NCBI RefSeq assembly: GCF_006345805.1
Contig: NC_043000.1
Span: 61,752,001-61,816,000 of the forward strand
DNA: 64,000 nucleotides
Direction: 5' to 3'
Source of the DNA: Octopus sinensis
Lineage: Eukaryota
In this document: piece by piece, positions 1-13,153 of the stretch
Layout of the letters: every line of letters starts with the position of its first letter
Position numbering within the stretch: the first letter of the stretch is position 1
The notes under the pieces: generated by a model
Told to the model about the DNA's origin: nothing
The model's database searches: none
The model's input: the letters and a program-made list of their open reading frames with translations, nothing else
Program-made: the position numbers and the translations under genes

Positions 1-65
1 CTGTTTCTCTTTTCTCTTTTATTTATTCCGAGTAACACAATTTCTCAAGCGAATATAAAAACTAA

Positions 66-688
66 AAAGGTGGCTAGCTGGCAGAAACGTTAGCACGCCG
101 GGCGAAATGCCTAGCGGTATTTCGTCTGCTGTTACGTTCTGAGTTCAAATTCCGCCGAGGTCGACTTTGCCTTTCATCCTTTCGGGGTCGATTAAATAAG
201 TACCAGTTACGCACTGGGGTCGATGTAATCGACTTAATCCGTTTGTCTGTCCTTGCTTGTCCTCTCTGTGTTTAGCCCCTTGTGGGTAGTAAAGAAATAG
301 GTATTTCGTCGGCCGTTACGTTCTGAGTTCAAATTCCGCCAAAGTTGACTTTGCCTTTCATCCTTTCGGGATCGATTAAATAAGTACCAGTTACGCACTG
401 GGGTCGATGTAATCAACTTAATCCGTGTGTCTGTCCTTGTTTGTCCCCTCTATGTTTAGCCCCTTGTGGGCAATAAAGAAATATGAAACGTTAGCACGCC
501 GAGCAAAATGGTTAGCAGTATTTCGTCTGTCCTTACCTTCTGAGTTCAAATCCCGGCGACGTCGCCTTTGCCTTTCATCCTTGCAGGATCGATAAATTAA
601 GTACCAGTTGCGTACTGGAGTCAATCAAATCGACTGGCCCCCGCTCTCCGAAAATTTCGGGCCTTGTGCCTACTGTAGAAAAGAGTAT
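66..688 (+). mobile_element. tRNA-derived SINE (family A), compound copy with three tandem monomers
   Basis: Head GCTGGCAGAAACGTTAGCACGCCGGGCGAAATG; B-box-like GTTCTGAGTTCAAAT occurs three times (~137, ~320, ~538); shared body GTCGACTTTGCCTTTCATCC...AAGTACCAGTT; tail AATTTCGGGCCTTGTGCC...AGTAGAAAAGA. The same motifs recur across the window. Confidence 0.85.
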
Positions 689-699
689 AAAAACTGGCA

Positions 700-1197
700 T
701 TCCTTTAGCAAATATTATTTCCCTATCATGCTTGTCTTAATACCAAACGTTGTTTATTTCTGTTTCCAAAAGTACAACATGATTTTGGCCAAAGCTGTTA
801 CTGCATTAATAATAACTTTTTTGGCTATTTTTATATGCCATTATGCGCCATTTAAACAAAAATTTCATTATCGCTCAGTTTATGTCTATTATCTTAACCA
901 AACATAATGCGTCGGTTATGTTTACATTATATTCGCCAACAGCCACGCGATGTATATAACATTTCGAAACAGTGGGGATCCTTCATACAAGCAGAACTGT
1001 AGAGAGGTTCTCACTGAAAATTTAAAATATGTTCGTGTTTCAAAAATTGCGCTTTCGTTCAAGAAGTTGAGAAATGCTGAGTAATTATTTCTGAACGCAC
1101 TAACACGTGAACACACAACCACACACACACACACAGACACACGTATTTATGTATGCATATATGTAGGTAGTTAAGATATCATGTAAGTATATATATA

Positions 1198-1229
<32 letters not shown>

Positions 1230-1266
1230 GCATATATATATATATATTATATATACACATATATGT

Positions 1267-1336
<70 letters not shown>

Positions 1337-1500
1337 GCGTGTGTGTATATATATGCATGTATATCTCTGTGCGTGTATATATATATATATATATATATAT
1401 ATTGTGTTTATGTCAGTGCGTTTGGATAATATGAATAAGATGGATAAGATGCCAAAAGATGTTCAAAATTCCAAGTATGAGCGAAAGAAGTGTTAGACTC
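700..1500 (+). pseudogene. Toll-like receptor relic P1 (TM plus start of TIR)
   Basis: ORF 608-907 ends in a hydrophobic helix MILAKAVTALIITFLAIFICHY followed by YRSVYVYY. Past one stop it continues in frame as HAMYITFRNSGD...REVLTENLKY, resembling TIR box 1 (YDAFISY..D...L...LE). Confidence 0.35.
1186..1402. repeat. (TA)n microsatellite (representative; similar tracts at ~4380-4730, 5785-5862, 18648-18716, 20630-20676, 25715-25782, 29615-29955, 40536-40685, 46988-47115, 50735-50852, 59440-59570, 62675-62820)
   Basis: Direct inspection. Confidence 0.95.
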
Positions 1501-1717
1501 TCACGAAACTGAGGACCTAAGCGACTGAACCAATTGACTGCCATTAAATTTTTCACCTAATCGCAATTTCTAAACTTAGCTGATATTCAAGAGTGGGAGC
1601 AGGCACAGTCAGGTTAACTTGGCACCTGCACATATCAGAAATATTCCCCGAAAGATCGCGCTTGGCGCAAACTCTTTGAAGTGACAGTGAATCATACATC
1701 TTTACATATATATATAT

Positions 1718-1764
<47 letters not shown>

Positions 1765-2214
1765 TTTAAACATGCATATCTATATGCAGACAGATACATG
1801 CTCAAATACATGTATTAAGATAAAGTGGTCTATGTTAAAGCGACACACACATTTGAAGTAGCGTATGCACGTATGCATGTGCGTGTATGAGTGTATATGT
1901 GAATGGATAGTGTGTGCATAAGTTCGAATACAGCCGAGTGAGATATTTACCCTTTGCCCTTCCAAAGAATTTCCACAAGTTAGTCCTGAATGTCCATGCA
2001 TATTTTCATTCTTTTGATTAGCACTTATTTCTAAACTCCTGAATAATACGAAGCTTTCTCTTCGTATGTCCCACGTTACTCTGGTGTTTGAAAGAAATAG
2101 GTAATATATTATATAACTTATATGCTGCATAGACGCCAGCGGAAAAAAAAAAAACATACACAGTGTATCCTCTCAAGCGTATCCTCTTGTTCTGTTTAGT
2201 CTAATCTGTATTTC

Positions 2215-2560
2215 TATGACGTATATCCTCATCTGTACATGCATTTGCATCTGTTTCTCTGTCTGTGTGTGTGTGTGTACCCGTGTCTATGTGTTTTGTG
2301 TATGTGTGTATGGGTTTGCTTATATTATTTCTATCCGATACAAATATTATAGTAAGCAATCTCATATACACACGCATAAAACACACCCAAAACACAGACA
2401 CGTGCACAAATACACGCATGCACGCACACACAACAGGAGGATATACGTAGGCTGGAAGAGTCGCTGAAGGGGACACATGTGTGACGAAAGATTTTCCAGA
2501 CAATGCATATAAGATAAAATAAGAGTAGCGTTAAACGAATGAAGAACGAATATACAGTGC
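2215..2560 (+). repeat. Interspersed repeat with GT/AC fold-back arms; homologous, inverted, to ~24560-24700
   Basis: ACGTATATCCTC (~2220) is inverted as GAGGATATACGT (~2437). CAGGAGGATATACGT...CTGAAGGGGACACATGTGTGACGAAAGATTTTCCAG matches the reverse complement of ~24610-24680. Confidence 0.6.
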
Positions 2561-3544
2561 ATGTGCTTTTTGGCAATAAAACAAAAATACCATCTCGAAA
2601 TATAGCAACATGTGTATATTCTTTTATATATATCTACCCATATATGTGTGTATACACACACATACACACACATTAACACCATACACAACTGCTTCACAAC
2701 TGTGGATGTTAATTAATGCAATATCATTAATGCTTCAATAACATTATTTATATTAATAATATTGCAAAGTATTACATAATGTTATATATGAACAGATAAT
2801 CTTATTGACGTGTGGCCTGTTAGAGCTACATGTTTTTTTTTTCTTATTAAAAATAATCATTATGGAATATCGTTTCTTATTAAAAATAATCGTTATGGGA
2901 CATCAGGGAGAACGGGCATTAACTTGGAACCAATGTGTAATATAATCTAATAATACATCTTGATGTTGTAACCAGTGCAGTCTGAGATGCCAGTTGACTG
3001 AAGGCTAAATTATGCCTTACGAAATCCACTTCCAGTTCTCTCTGACTGGATCTAGTTGGAATTCATCTCAGTAGATTTGATAATTAGCTGAAGGTACCCA
3101 AGACACTCTCACGCAAAAGTTGAGGGTTGTTGCATGAGATCATAGGTAGAATTTCCCACACAATTATATACCTGCCTATCTACATACATAATACATACAT
3201 ACATATGTGTGTGTGCGTATAAATTTGCGTATACATATATATGCTCATATATACATATAAATAAATTACACACGCAGAAACTCATACGCACGTACGCACG
3301 CACATACGGGTGGATGCATGAATGCATAAATCTATGTATATACACAGATATAAGTAAAAATTCATGCTGAGGGTGGCTAGTTTGAGTAATCTATTTTAGG
3401 GTATATTATATTTCTGAACAATATGATAAACATTAGTACTTTAAATGCGATTAAGAAGTCGATTGTTACAAGGAGATAAAAGAAAGGAGAAACATAACAG
3501 GTGAGTATAATACTGGCTTCAAATACTGGAACCAGGTATAATAT

Positions 3545-3752
3545 TAGTTCCAAATTTTGGCACAAGGCCAGCAACTTTGGCCGTAAGTCCATTACATCGA
3601 TTCCAGCTTTCAACTGGTACATATTTTATCGCCCCTGAAAGGATGAAAGGTAAAGTTAACCTCGGAAAATTTTTAACTCATAACGTAAAGACGAACGGAA
3701 TGCCCCTAAGTAGTTTGTCCAGCCTGCTAACGATTCTGTGAGCTCACCCCTT
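3545..3752 (-). mobile_element. SINE family A copy
   Basis: Reverse complement contains the head, TTATGAGTTAAAAATT, CTTTCATCCTTTC, GTACCAGTT and the CCTTGTGCC tail. Confidence 0.8.
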
Positions 3753-4531
3753 CAACGAAATATGATATTAAAATTGTGAAAACTTTAAATATCTTTTAAA
3801 GCCTTAACGTCCAATACTTTTGACGAGAATATATGCATCACAATATCGTAAGACATCACTGTTCTCAGTGAATGTGGGCATCCACTCTTAGAATTCGATG
3901 ACATAATTATCGTTAATATTTCAATTAACGATTCAGTCATCAGTAACACATGTAACAAGATCGTTCTTGTTCTTAAACATATGTTATATTCCCAGGTGAA
4001 ATCACGTCATTCATTCCATTGTTAAAATTCTCAAGAAAGGTATCGACTAAAGAAACTTTAATATCTTCTATCCGAGTAATTCTGTCAAAATGTCCTTATG
4101 TCTAAAGAAACTAATAAAAATTATTGCGTAGGAAAGAAAAAGAGCATAACATTTGGAAAGCATAACACATAATCACACATTTCTTTACATATTTGTTATA
4201 GATGTTCATAAATACATACCCGTGCATGTGAGTGTGTTATAATTTATAACAATGCACAATTTCATAAATTTACACTTACATATGTATGGATATAAATAAA
4301 CATATATGTACATACTCTCAGTCTCTGCCTGTCTGTCTCCGTATGTCTGTCTGTCTGTCTGTCTGTCTCTCCCTCTATGTATATACATATATACATATAT
4401 AGGCATATATACATACATATATGTACATACATATGTATATATATATACATGTATATATACATGTACATATATATGCATGTATATGTATATATATATATAT
4501 ATATATATCTATATATATATATATTCATATG

Positions 4532-4579
<48 letters not shown>

Positions 4580-4644
4580 CATATGTATATATATATACAT
4601 TCATATATATATATATACATTCATATATATATATTTATATGTAT

Positions 4645-4721
<77 letters not shown>

Positions 4722-4870
4722 AATTATATATAAAAATACAAAATGGGACAAGATACACAAAGAGACGACACAAAAAAAGGACGGGTCATTCGAAGCCTCT
4801 AATCTTCAGTCAGGAACCGGATCATCCTAGCAAATTTTGGCTGATTAATCCTGTATATATATATATATAT

Positions 4871-5680
4871 ATGCATATATGGGTACAGGGCTCACAAAAC
4901 GTAAACAACATGAAATTCGAAATACGAAAAACAACATGAAATACAAAGACAAACTTTTTTTGCGAACAACGAGAGAAACAAATGGAAAACAAGACAAGTA
5001 GCATAAAGAATGACCCTTCATCAGTTGTCGGCTGTTCATCTACTCCATATTTCGAGCAATTCGCGACAACATGTGCCTTCCAGAAAACAGTTGCTCTCGC
5101 AAACCAAAAAAAAAGGGGGATTTTGCGGGGGGTGGGGTCAAGGTTGATAACAAAACCAGAACAGTGAAACAAACAGTGAGGGCTGTTAAGCCAGATGGAG
5201 TAAGGTGGCGAACGCTTAAGAACATTCCTTGACAGGAGAAATGATAGGAGAGGAGACAGACAAAAATACGTCTGGTCTGTCCAACAGACTGGAAGAAAAG
5301 TATGTTCCTCAAAGAATGTTCCTCGGCGTTCGTTACCTTACCCCGTCTGGCTTAGCAGCCCTCACTATTTACTTCACCGACCTATTTTTGTTACCAAACT
5401 TGACCCTCCGCAAAATCCCAAATTTGTTTTGGTTTGCGGGAGCAACTGTTTTCTCGAAGGCACATAATGTCGTGAATTGCTCGAAATGTGGAGTAGATAA
5501 ACAGCCGATAACTGATGAAAGGTCGTTCTTTATGTTACTTGTCTTGTTTTCTATTTCGTTATCTCGTTGTTCGCCAAAGGATTTGTCTTCGTATTTCATG
5601 TTGCTTCTTGTATTTCGGATTTCATGTTTTCGTATTTCATGTTGTTTACATATTGTGACGACCTGTACCAATATATGCAT
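4871..5680. mobile_element. Fold-back (MITE-like) element with ~365-bp inverted arms
   Basis: 4871-5232 is the imperfect reverse complement of 5309-5680, with a ~76-nt loop; embedded in (TA)n. Confidence 0.85.
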
Positions 5681-5782
5681 ATGTATAAATATATGTGTCA
5701 GCATGTACATATAGGTCTGTATATATGCCTATATATATATTATTTATATTATTATGTGATTGAAAACCAAGTAAGTTTATCT

Positions 5783-5852
<70 letters not shown>

Positions 5853-6332
5853 TATATATATGCGCGTATTAGTTGTGTATGTATACATCATCATTATGTT
5901 TTTTTTTCTAGTATTTTCCTGGTTTATAGTTTAGGTAGATTACCCCGTTTTATATTTAATAAAGCTTTCAGTTACAAATATTGGAAAGAACTTTCACTTC
6001 AGCTTCTTTTTTTCGTTCGTACTTGTGTTTATGTATGTGTTTGAGTTTGTGTGATTTTTAATATGTCCTATATGCTTATATTACCTGTGTGTATAAACGA
6101 ATATATACATGCACACTGAAACATCGATTTTTTCTTCTTACACATTCTAAATTCACTTTCTCAAGCTTAGCTTCATAACGCTTAAAGTAAAGTGAAAAAA
6201 TTTACACGTGGTATCCATCATAAATTTTTATTTCCATTTTCAACAGATGCATATACACGCAACACTATAAGCATTCATAGACGACCGTACACGCGAATAA
6301 ACCTTAATATTTAATGCAAGGTTTAGTTTGAA

Positions 6333-6334
<2 letters not shown>

Positions 6335-6406
<72 letters not shown>

Positions 6407-6410
6407 ACTA

Positions 6411-6467
<57 letters not shown>

Positions 6468-6475
6468 AATAAATA
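6335..6475. repeat. (TATC)n/(TC)n/(TA)n compound microsatellite (similar at ~19210-19320, 27941-28045, 61820-62050, 63145-63300)
   Basis: Direct inspection. Confidence 0.95.
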
Positions 6476-8890
6476 AATATATGCATGTATGTATGTATTA
6501 TGTGTATGTGTGTATTGACTTTTAAAAAATACTCAAAAAGTAGAATTGGCAATAAAAATCAACAAATGGAAATTCAACTGTTTATTTCTCAGAGATTCCT
6601 TGATATGTTTATTTTTACCTTCTATTGCCAGGAAATCAACAAATTGGAAGTTTCCAGACGCAATGCAGCACCGCAGCAGTTAAAATGCTATTTGACATGT
6701 ATAATTTGTAATAACAGAAGATGGAAGCAATAAAATATTGGTCTTTTAGTCTTTTGTAGTTTTTCAAACTGTTTACAGCGCAAAAGCCTGTCACTCCAAC
6801 AAAACTCTATTACTAATCAATATTTCCCAAAAAAGCAATATTATTAACAGAATACCTGGGCTCGAAATGCAAGTATATAAAAGCGTCGTTATCCCGTGAA
6901 GAATATTAAATTCATCATGGGGAAATGATCACATATTTGGGAAGTTGCCGATGACACATTCCCACGAATATCCTACACTGCATGTAACATATTGACTAAC
7001 ATATAAAATATTTATAAAAGTATATTATATATTTATTTCTAATATTCTAATTTAGTTATTTCTATAATTTGTTTTGCTATGGTACCAGTTACGTTTATGC
7101 AATCACAATAAAATTGATCTAACTGAATTATGTACTTCAATGCTGTTATTTATTTTTTTACTGGTGTTAAGTATGAGTCTACTTTTAGAATCGACTTAAT
7201 TATAATTCAATTTAGCATAGTATTAAATTTCACAAGAATTCTTTTTCAAATGTGCTTCTATTTAATTTGATATTAGGAAACCATTACGGTATGACTGTTA
7301 TGATTCCACTGCGTCATTAGATCTGGTGAAAGGCTAGCGCAAGTGTTATAATGGAACAAAAAATTAACTGTTACTTATATATGTAAAAAAAACTGACATT
7401 GCTAACAATCTCATTTCCAACAAGTGTTTTATATTCAACTAGTGTTTTATATTCAAATAAATAGCTAATGTTATAATGACTGTCGTTGCCTGTCTTTAAC
7501 ACATACAATTATATCTTGTTTAGCAAGGCTGTAATTATAAATTCTTTCAAAATTTACAAATATTCAGTTTTCTGCATTTATTTATTTCATTTTTAAAGAA
7601 TTCCAAAATAAACATTTCCGACTATGCGGTAAATATGTTAGACTGTATTTGTTTAATTATGTGAATCAATAAACAATAGGTGTTTCTAGATTTCTAGATT
7701 GACATATATCAATTGAAACATCTCACAATATCAGTCTATATTTTGACTCAGTAATTCAGAAAGTCAAAATTTTAATAAACGAAATCTTTCAATAAATATA
7801 CTAAACCAAACCCAAACAAATCGAAACAAACAAACTCGTAACTAGTGAAAATTTCTGGCTAGATTTATCACAATAAAGAAATATATGTTTTCATTAGTAG
7901 TGGTCACGTACAATGCAATTATAGAAAATTTCAGATGTACTTTTACCGAATAAGTCTTTCAATGGACACTCAATTTATTAAGAGTCATTATTCTATCTTT
8001 GATAATATATAACGATGCATCAAGAATATACCAACGGTAACCAATATTTCTTTGATATTTCACCAAATGGAAGACCACCAACAAAGTTATTAAGATATAT
8101 TTATAACAATGCATTTCTGATATTGATTTTCTTCTTGGTCGAAACTTTCGATAGCTATAAATTTTGGAACCTGTTATGATATTTCTGGTGATATTGCATC
8201 TTTTATATTTTTGTAACATCATTTCAAAATATATTTTCATATAAACCAATATATGCCAGTCGTCTAAAATGTAAGTGATGGAAAAAGAAACAAAAAAAGT
8301 AATGCTATTTTCCGGCGTTGATTCTTTTAATGATTCATAGCCAGATATTTGTCTTTTCTTGGCAAAATTCCAATCAATTATTCAACATGTTTTTATTCTA
8401 TAAGAATATGTTTTGGCATCATAGGTGTCACTATCCTAAACTTGCAAGGCATTAATAAAAATGCAATAACAAATTTTATTAATGCTAATAATTCAGGCGT
8501 GAACTGTGTATTGTCCGTACTCAAATATATCCGGTAAACCAGTGGTGAGGCATTTAGAAAGGGTCTAGAACCAAAATCTACGACAGCGCTACATAGACCT
8601 CAAAATCGAAAGTTAACTTCCCCATTTAAGATGTTTTAGCTTGATTTTTTACAAAATATCTATAGTAAAGTATAACTCCTTGTTATATAAGCTACTCTGG
8701 AATATGGTGAATAGAACGAAAAACATTATATTCTTTGATCGATTATTAATCAATAACGCGCAGTAGATCCGAAATTACAAAAAAATAACAGCGATTGAAT
8801 TAACTAGTGTTAGAAAATTTCAATTTTTGAATTGTTTGAGAGGATAAATGAATTTTGAGATGTGTGTTATATGAATGAGGGAAAAAAAAG

Positions 8891-8924
<34 letters not shown>

Positions 8925-8940
8925 GTATTATTATTATTAT

Positions 8941-9359
<419 letters not shown>

Positions 9360-9556
9360 AGCATTTTCCGCTTGAATTGTATTTAATTTCGTCTTCTGAC
9401 CGGGTCTCAACCAGCGACATAAAGCACGTATACATATTATATTGAGAAAATCTTCCTGCGAATATCGGCAGTTGAGTCAACACAATATCTGTGTCTCATA
9501 AATTGTTGGTTTTCCACGCATTTGGTAATAAACTTTGTCAGTACCTTTCTTGATCA
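9360..9556 (-). mobile_element. Extreme 3' end of Dong-like subfamily A
   Basis: Shares GACCGGGTCTCAAC and AAACTTTGTCAG..CCTTTCTTGATCA with 8970-9125; abuts (TAA)n on its 3' side. Confidence 0.7.
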
Positions 9557-12500
9557 CTCACCTACAACCCAAAACACTCACCTACGAATCCGGAGGTCGA
9601 GCGGTTCCAAGCAGTGCTATTTTCTGTAAGTGTTCCACCATTATTGCAGCCCCTATTTGTTCCACGTACTTCTCCAGATTTTTGCTCACTGTTCTCAGAG
9701 CTCTGATATTTATTGGTACTACTGCTACCTTCTTCATCTACCACAACTGCTTAACTTCCCAAGCTAAACTGTCATCTCTCTCGGCTTTTTTTTCTTCCTT
9801 ATCGCATACCTTGTTGTCAGCTAAGCATGCTATATCTATGATCCAGCATATTTTATTTTCTTTCTCAAATAAGACCGTCCGACTTCCTATTCTCTATCTC
9901 ATGGTCGCACTGAATCATAAAATCTCATAGTATCTTTGCATTTCTATTTTTGACAATGTCTTCAGGTTTGTGGCCGTACCAATCTGTTGCCCTGTCAAGT
10001 CCATACTTGTTGCAAAGATTCCAATGGACAAGCCTGGATATATTGTCGTGGCGTCTCTTATATTCCTTCTGGGATAGTCGCGTCCATCAGCTGGTAATAT
10101 GCCATACGGTTTCACTTTTTTGTCCACAGATATTGCACTTATCACTTTCTGATGTACTGTCTATCCTGTATTTTACAAAGTTTGTTCTTAGTGCTTGCTC
10201 TTAGGCAGCACAGATTAGAGCCTTCGTTTCCGGTTTTAAATCACTTTTGGTCATCTACAGCCATCGTTTTTCTCTGTCTGTGTTATCTTCAGCATCCCTA
10301 TCAAATTGATCATGCATTCTTTTCTTTGCCCACCTATTTTCAGTTTCATTCGTTTTCAATTTCTTGCATAGTGTTTATCTTTACAATCTTTCATCCTACA
10401 CAAACCTGAACTTCTTACTTCTAGTAATAGTGGTACTGTGGCATTTTTTACATACCGCGCTATATTATTTTTCTTCTCCTCTAGTGCTGTGTTCGCATCC
10501 AATAAGTCCTTCTCCCTTTTTTTCTTGGTACATAAGTCTACCTGTGTCACTTTTTGGGTGGAGTGATCCATATCTAGTTAGCGACTTCCTTGTCTTTCCG
10601 TCTAAGCTGTTTAGTTCGGCTCCTGTCCATGCGATTACCCCTGCTCCATATCTAAAGAGTGAAACCGCCCAGGTGTTGGTAGATTCGATCTTATTCCATC
10701 CGTTTAATTTCGACGTCAGGATCAGTCTCAGTCTGCGCAAGTACGCTACCTTAAAATTTTCTGTCATATCTCCATCAATTCATCCATTTCCAAAATCCCC
10801 AAGTACTTATAGCCCGCCTCTTCTAACTGCTTCATTACCTCCCCTGACGGTATCGTTAATCCGTCCATACATTTGATTTTGCCTCTCTTCAATACCAAGA
10901 CACCACATTTTCTCAGTCTGAACTCCATTCTGATATCAGCACTGAAGGTATACACCGTATCAACGAGGGAACTGACTTGGGCTTCATCTTTACCATAAAG
11001 TTTGTTGTCATCCATGAATAACAAATAGTTGAATTTTTGTTGGCGTCTTTTGAATACATACCCAGCTTTTGCTCACCTCAGAATCAATCTCAGTGCTATC
11101 AAGCACAGTACAAAGATCAATGGGGACAGGCAGTCCCCTTGGAAGATGCTCCTCCTAATTTTAACTGTCCATAAACTTCTTCCGTATACTGTCATGTCCG
11201 TCCTCTAATTTGCCATAATTCTTCCATGCAATAGCTCAACATTCGATGGAATCCCAAACAGATTCACACATTCCATAATCCAAGAATGTGGGATCATATC
11301 GTACGCCTTATGATAGTCGATCCATGACATGGTTAAGTTACTTTTCCACCTCTTGCAGTCTCTGAGTACAGTTTTATCTATTAGGAGTTGATCCTTTGTA
11401 CTTCTTCACTTACACTTGCAACCCTTCTGCTCATGTGGCAGGACTCCATTTTTTCTAGATGTTCGTACATTGACTCTGTGAGTATTCCAGTCAGTAACAT
11501 TCAAATAAGTGGCAAGCAGGACAGCGACCTGTAATTGTCTACTGTATTGCCTATTTCGATGTTTTCCAGTCACAGCACTTTCCTACCCAATGTCAACCAC
11601 TCTGGTGTAGCTAGGTCGACATTTAACAAGGTGTTGAGTTGCGCAGCTATTCGTGCATGACATTCACCAAATCTTCAGTAATCTTGAACTCCATCTGATC
11701 CCGGGGCTTTCCAGTTGCTCATTTTGTTGCTGAATTCCTTCATTTCTCTAACTGAAATGACTAGTTCTGCCTGTTTTGGACTGACTCCTGTTTGTTTCAG
11801 TTCTTGCAACCATTCAGCATCCTTCTTGTTCTCCTTGTCTTTGCTCCAGATGTCACTACAAAACTGTTAACTTTCAATGCTATCTGGTATCAACTTTTCA
11901 TCTGTACATCCTCCATTTATTTCTTTTTAGAATCTCTTCTGATCTACTCTGAATAACCTATTCTTCATTCTTTGTTTGTATCTTACCATCTTTGCTTTCT
12001 TTGTAACGTGGCACTGTTTCAGTTCCTCCACTACTACTTTCAGGCCCTTTCTTTCAATATTATACTTCCTTTTCAGCGCCCTGTATTTTTGGTCGCTTTT
12101 AAGCTCCACTTTATCTTTTCGGTCTAACAAAGAGATTTCCTTCGAGAGTATGTCTAACCCTGCCTGGATTCTTCTTTTCCACCATGGATATTTTGTTTTG
12201 TCATTACCATTATGTTTTGTTTTTTTGACATCGACACCTACATTTTCTGCTACAGCAATATTTGCTGCCTTGATCAAATTATTTGTTTCTGTGATGTTGT
12301 TTGTTCTGATGTATTTCATAATTACATTGACATTTTTCGTTTCTTGGTTCAATTTCCCTCGATTAACCTTTTAAAGGTTGTAAATAATGTCACAATATTT
12401 CTCCTGTTGTATTACCTTTATTCTGTCGTAGATTGCCTTTTGTTCATCTGACATGTCGCTATTAGTTTTATCGTCTTCTTTTTGATCATCTATATGTCTC

Positions 12501-13060
12501 TTGTCAAGTAAGCTACCACTGCTCCTTACCTGTGCTATGAGATTACTCTTATTAGTAAGAACTGTATTTTCATTCTTATCTATGCTGCTATTGTCCATGA
12601 CCCGTCTTTTGATAGCTTCGAGCTCTACTTCTGTGAACCAGCAATTTTTTCTTATTGCTTTAGCTTGATCACATAGTATCTGTTCCGTGAGTTGAAACAA
12701 TCTCTTTTCTCTCTAATGATCATACACACGTTATCGGTAACCCCTAATTTGAGCACCATTTTCATCTACCGGGTTGCTCAGGTAGTAACACTCCATGACC
12801 ACAGCATTAATTTGTTTGCTCAATCTACGCCGTGTATGGTTCTCCCTTTGTGGATATCTGCAGGCTGGAGCCGGACCAGAATCTCTGAGCCTACCGGGTG
12901 AAACACTGTCACCATCATTGGCTTCAGTTTCATTACCACCGTTATTCACATATATTTTGTTTTTTCATTGTCACTCATGTGAGGTAGCTATTATCAGGTT
13001 GTGCAATCACCAGTGTTTTCATTGTGACACCATCACTAGATGTATCATTATTAGCCCATA
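9557..13060 (-). mobile_element. Near full-length, decayed R4/Dong-clade non-LTR retrotransposon (N-terminal domain, RT, CCHC, RLE)
   Basis: N-terminal VVMECYYLSNP..GYR..EQILCDQ..W (12950-12600); [18 protein letters not shown] (~11300), IFQGDCLSPL (~11135), LFMDDNKLY (~11010); EALICAA*EQAL (~10210); CNICG..ETVWHI..EYKRRHD zinc knuckle (~10130-10050); WIIDIA...KEEKK RLE (~9830). Multiple stops and frameshifts. Confidence 0.9.
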
Positions 13061-13085
13061 AGGAGACTACACCCGTTTCCTTTCC

Positions 13086-13152
<67 letters not shown>

Positions 13153-13153
<1 letters not shown>

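Larger units (their letters stand above)
3790..8760 (+). pseudogene. Toll-like receptor relic P2 (LRRs, internal LRR-CT/LRR-NT, LRR-CT, TM, TIR), interrupted by repeats
   Basis: Manual translation: LPRFIFNKAFSYKYWKELSLQ (5940), SLSLQQNSIT (~6785), EVADDTFPRI (~6940), DIRKPLRYDCYDS (7269), YNDCRCLSLTHTIISC (7472), hydrophobic VMIFLVILHLLYFC (~8175), YPVNQW*GHLE (8528), FFDRLLIN (8731). Many stops and frameshifts. Confidence 0.45.

Noticed and set aside
7935-8270. Possible exon bounded by TTTCAG and GTAAGT
   Set aside because: All three frames contain stops; better explained as part of TLR relic P2.
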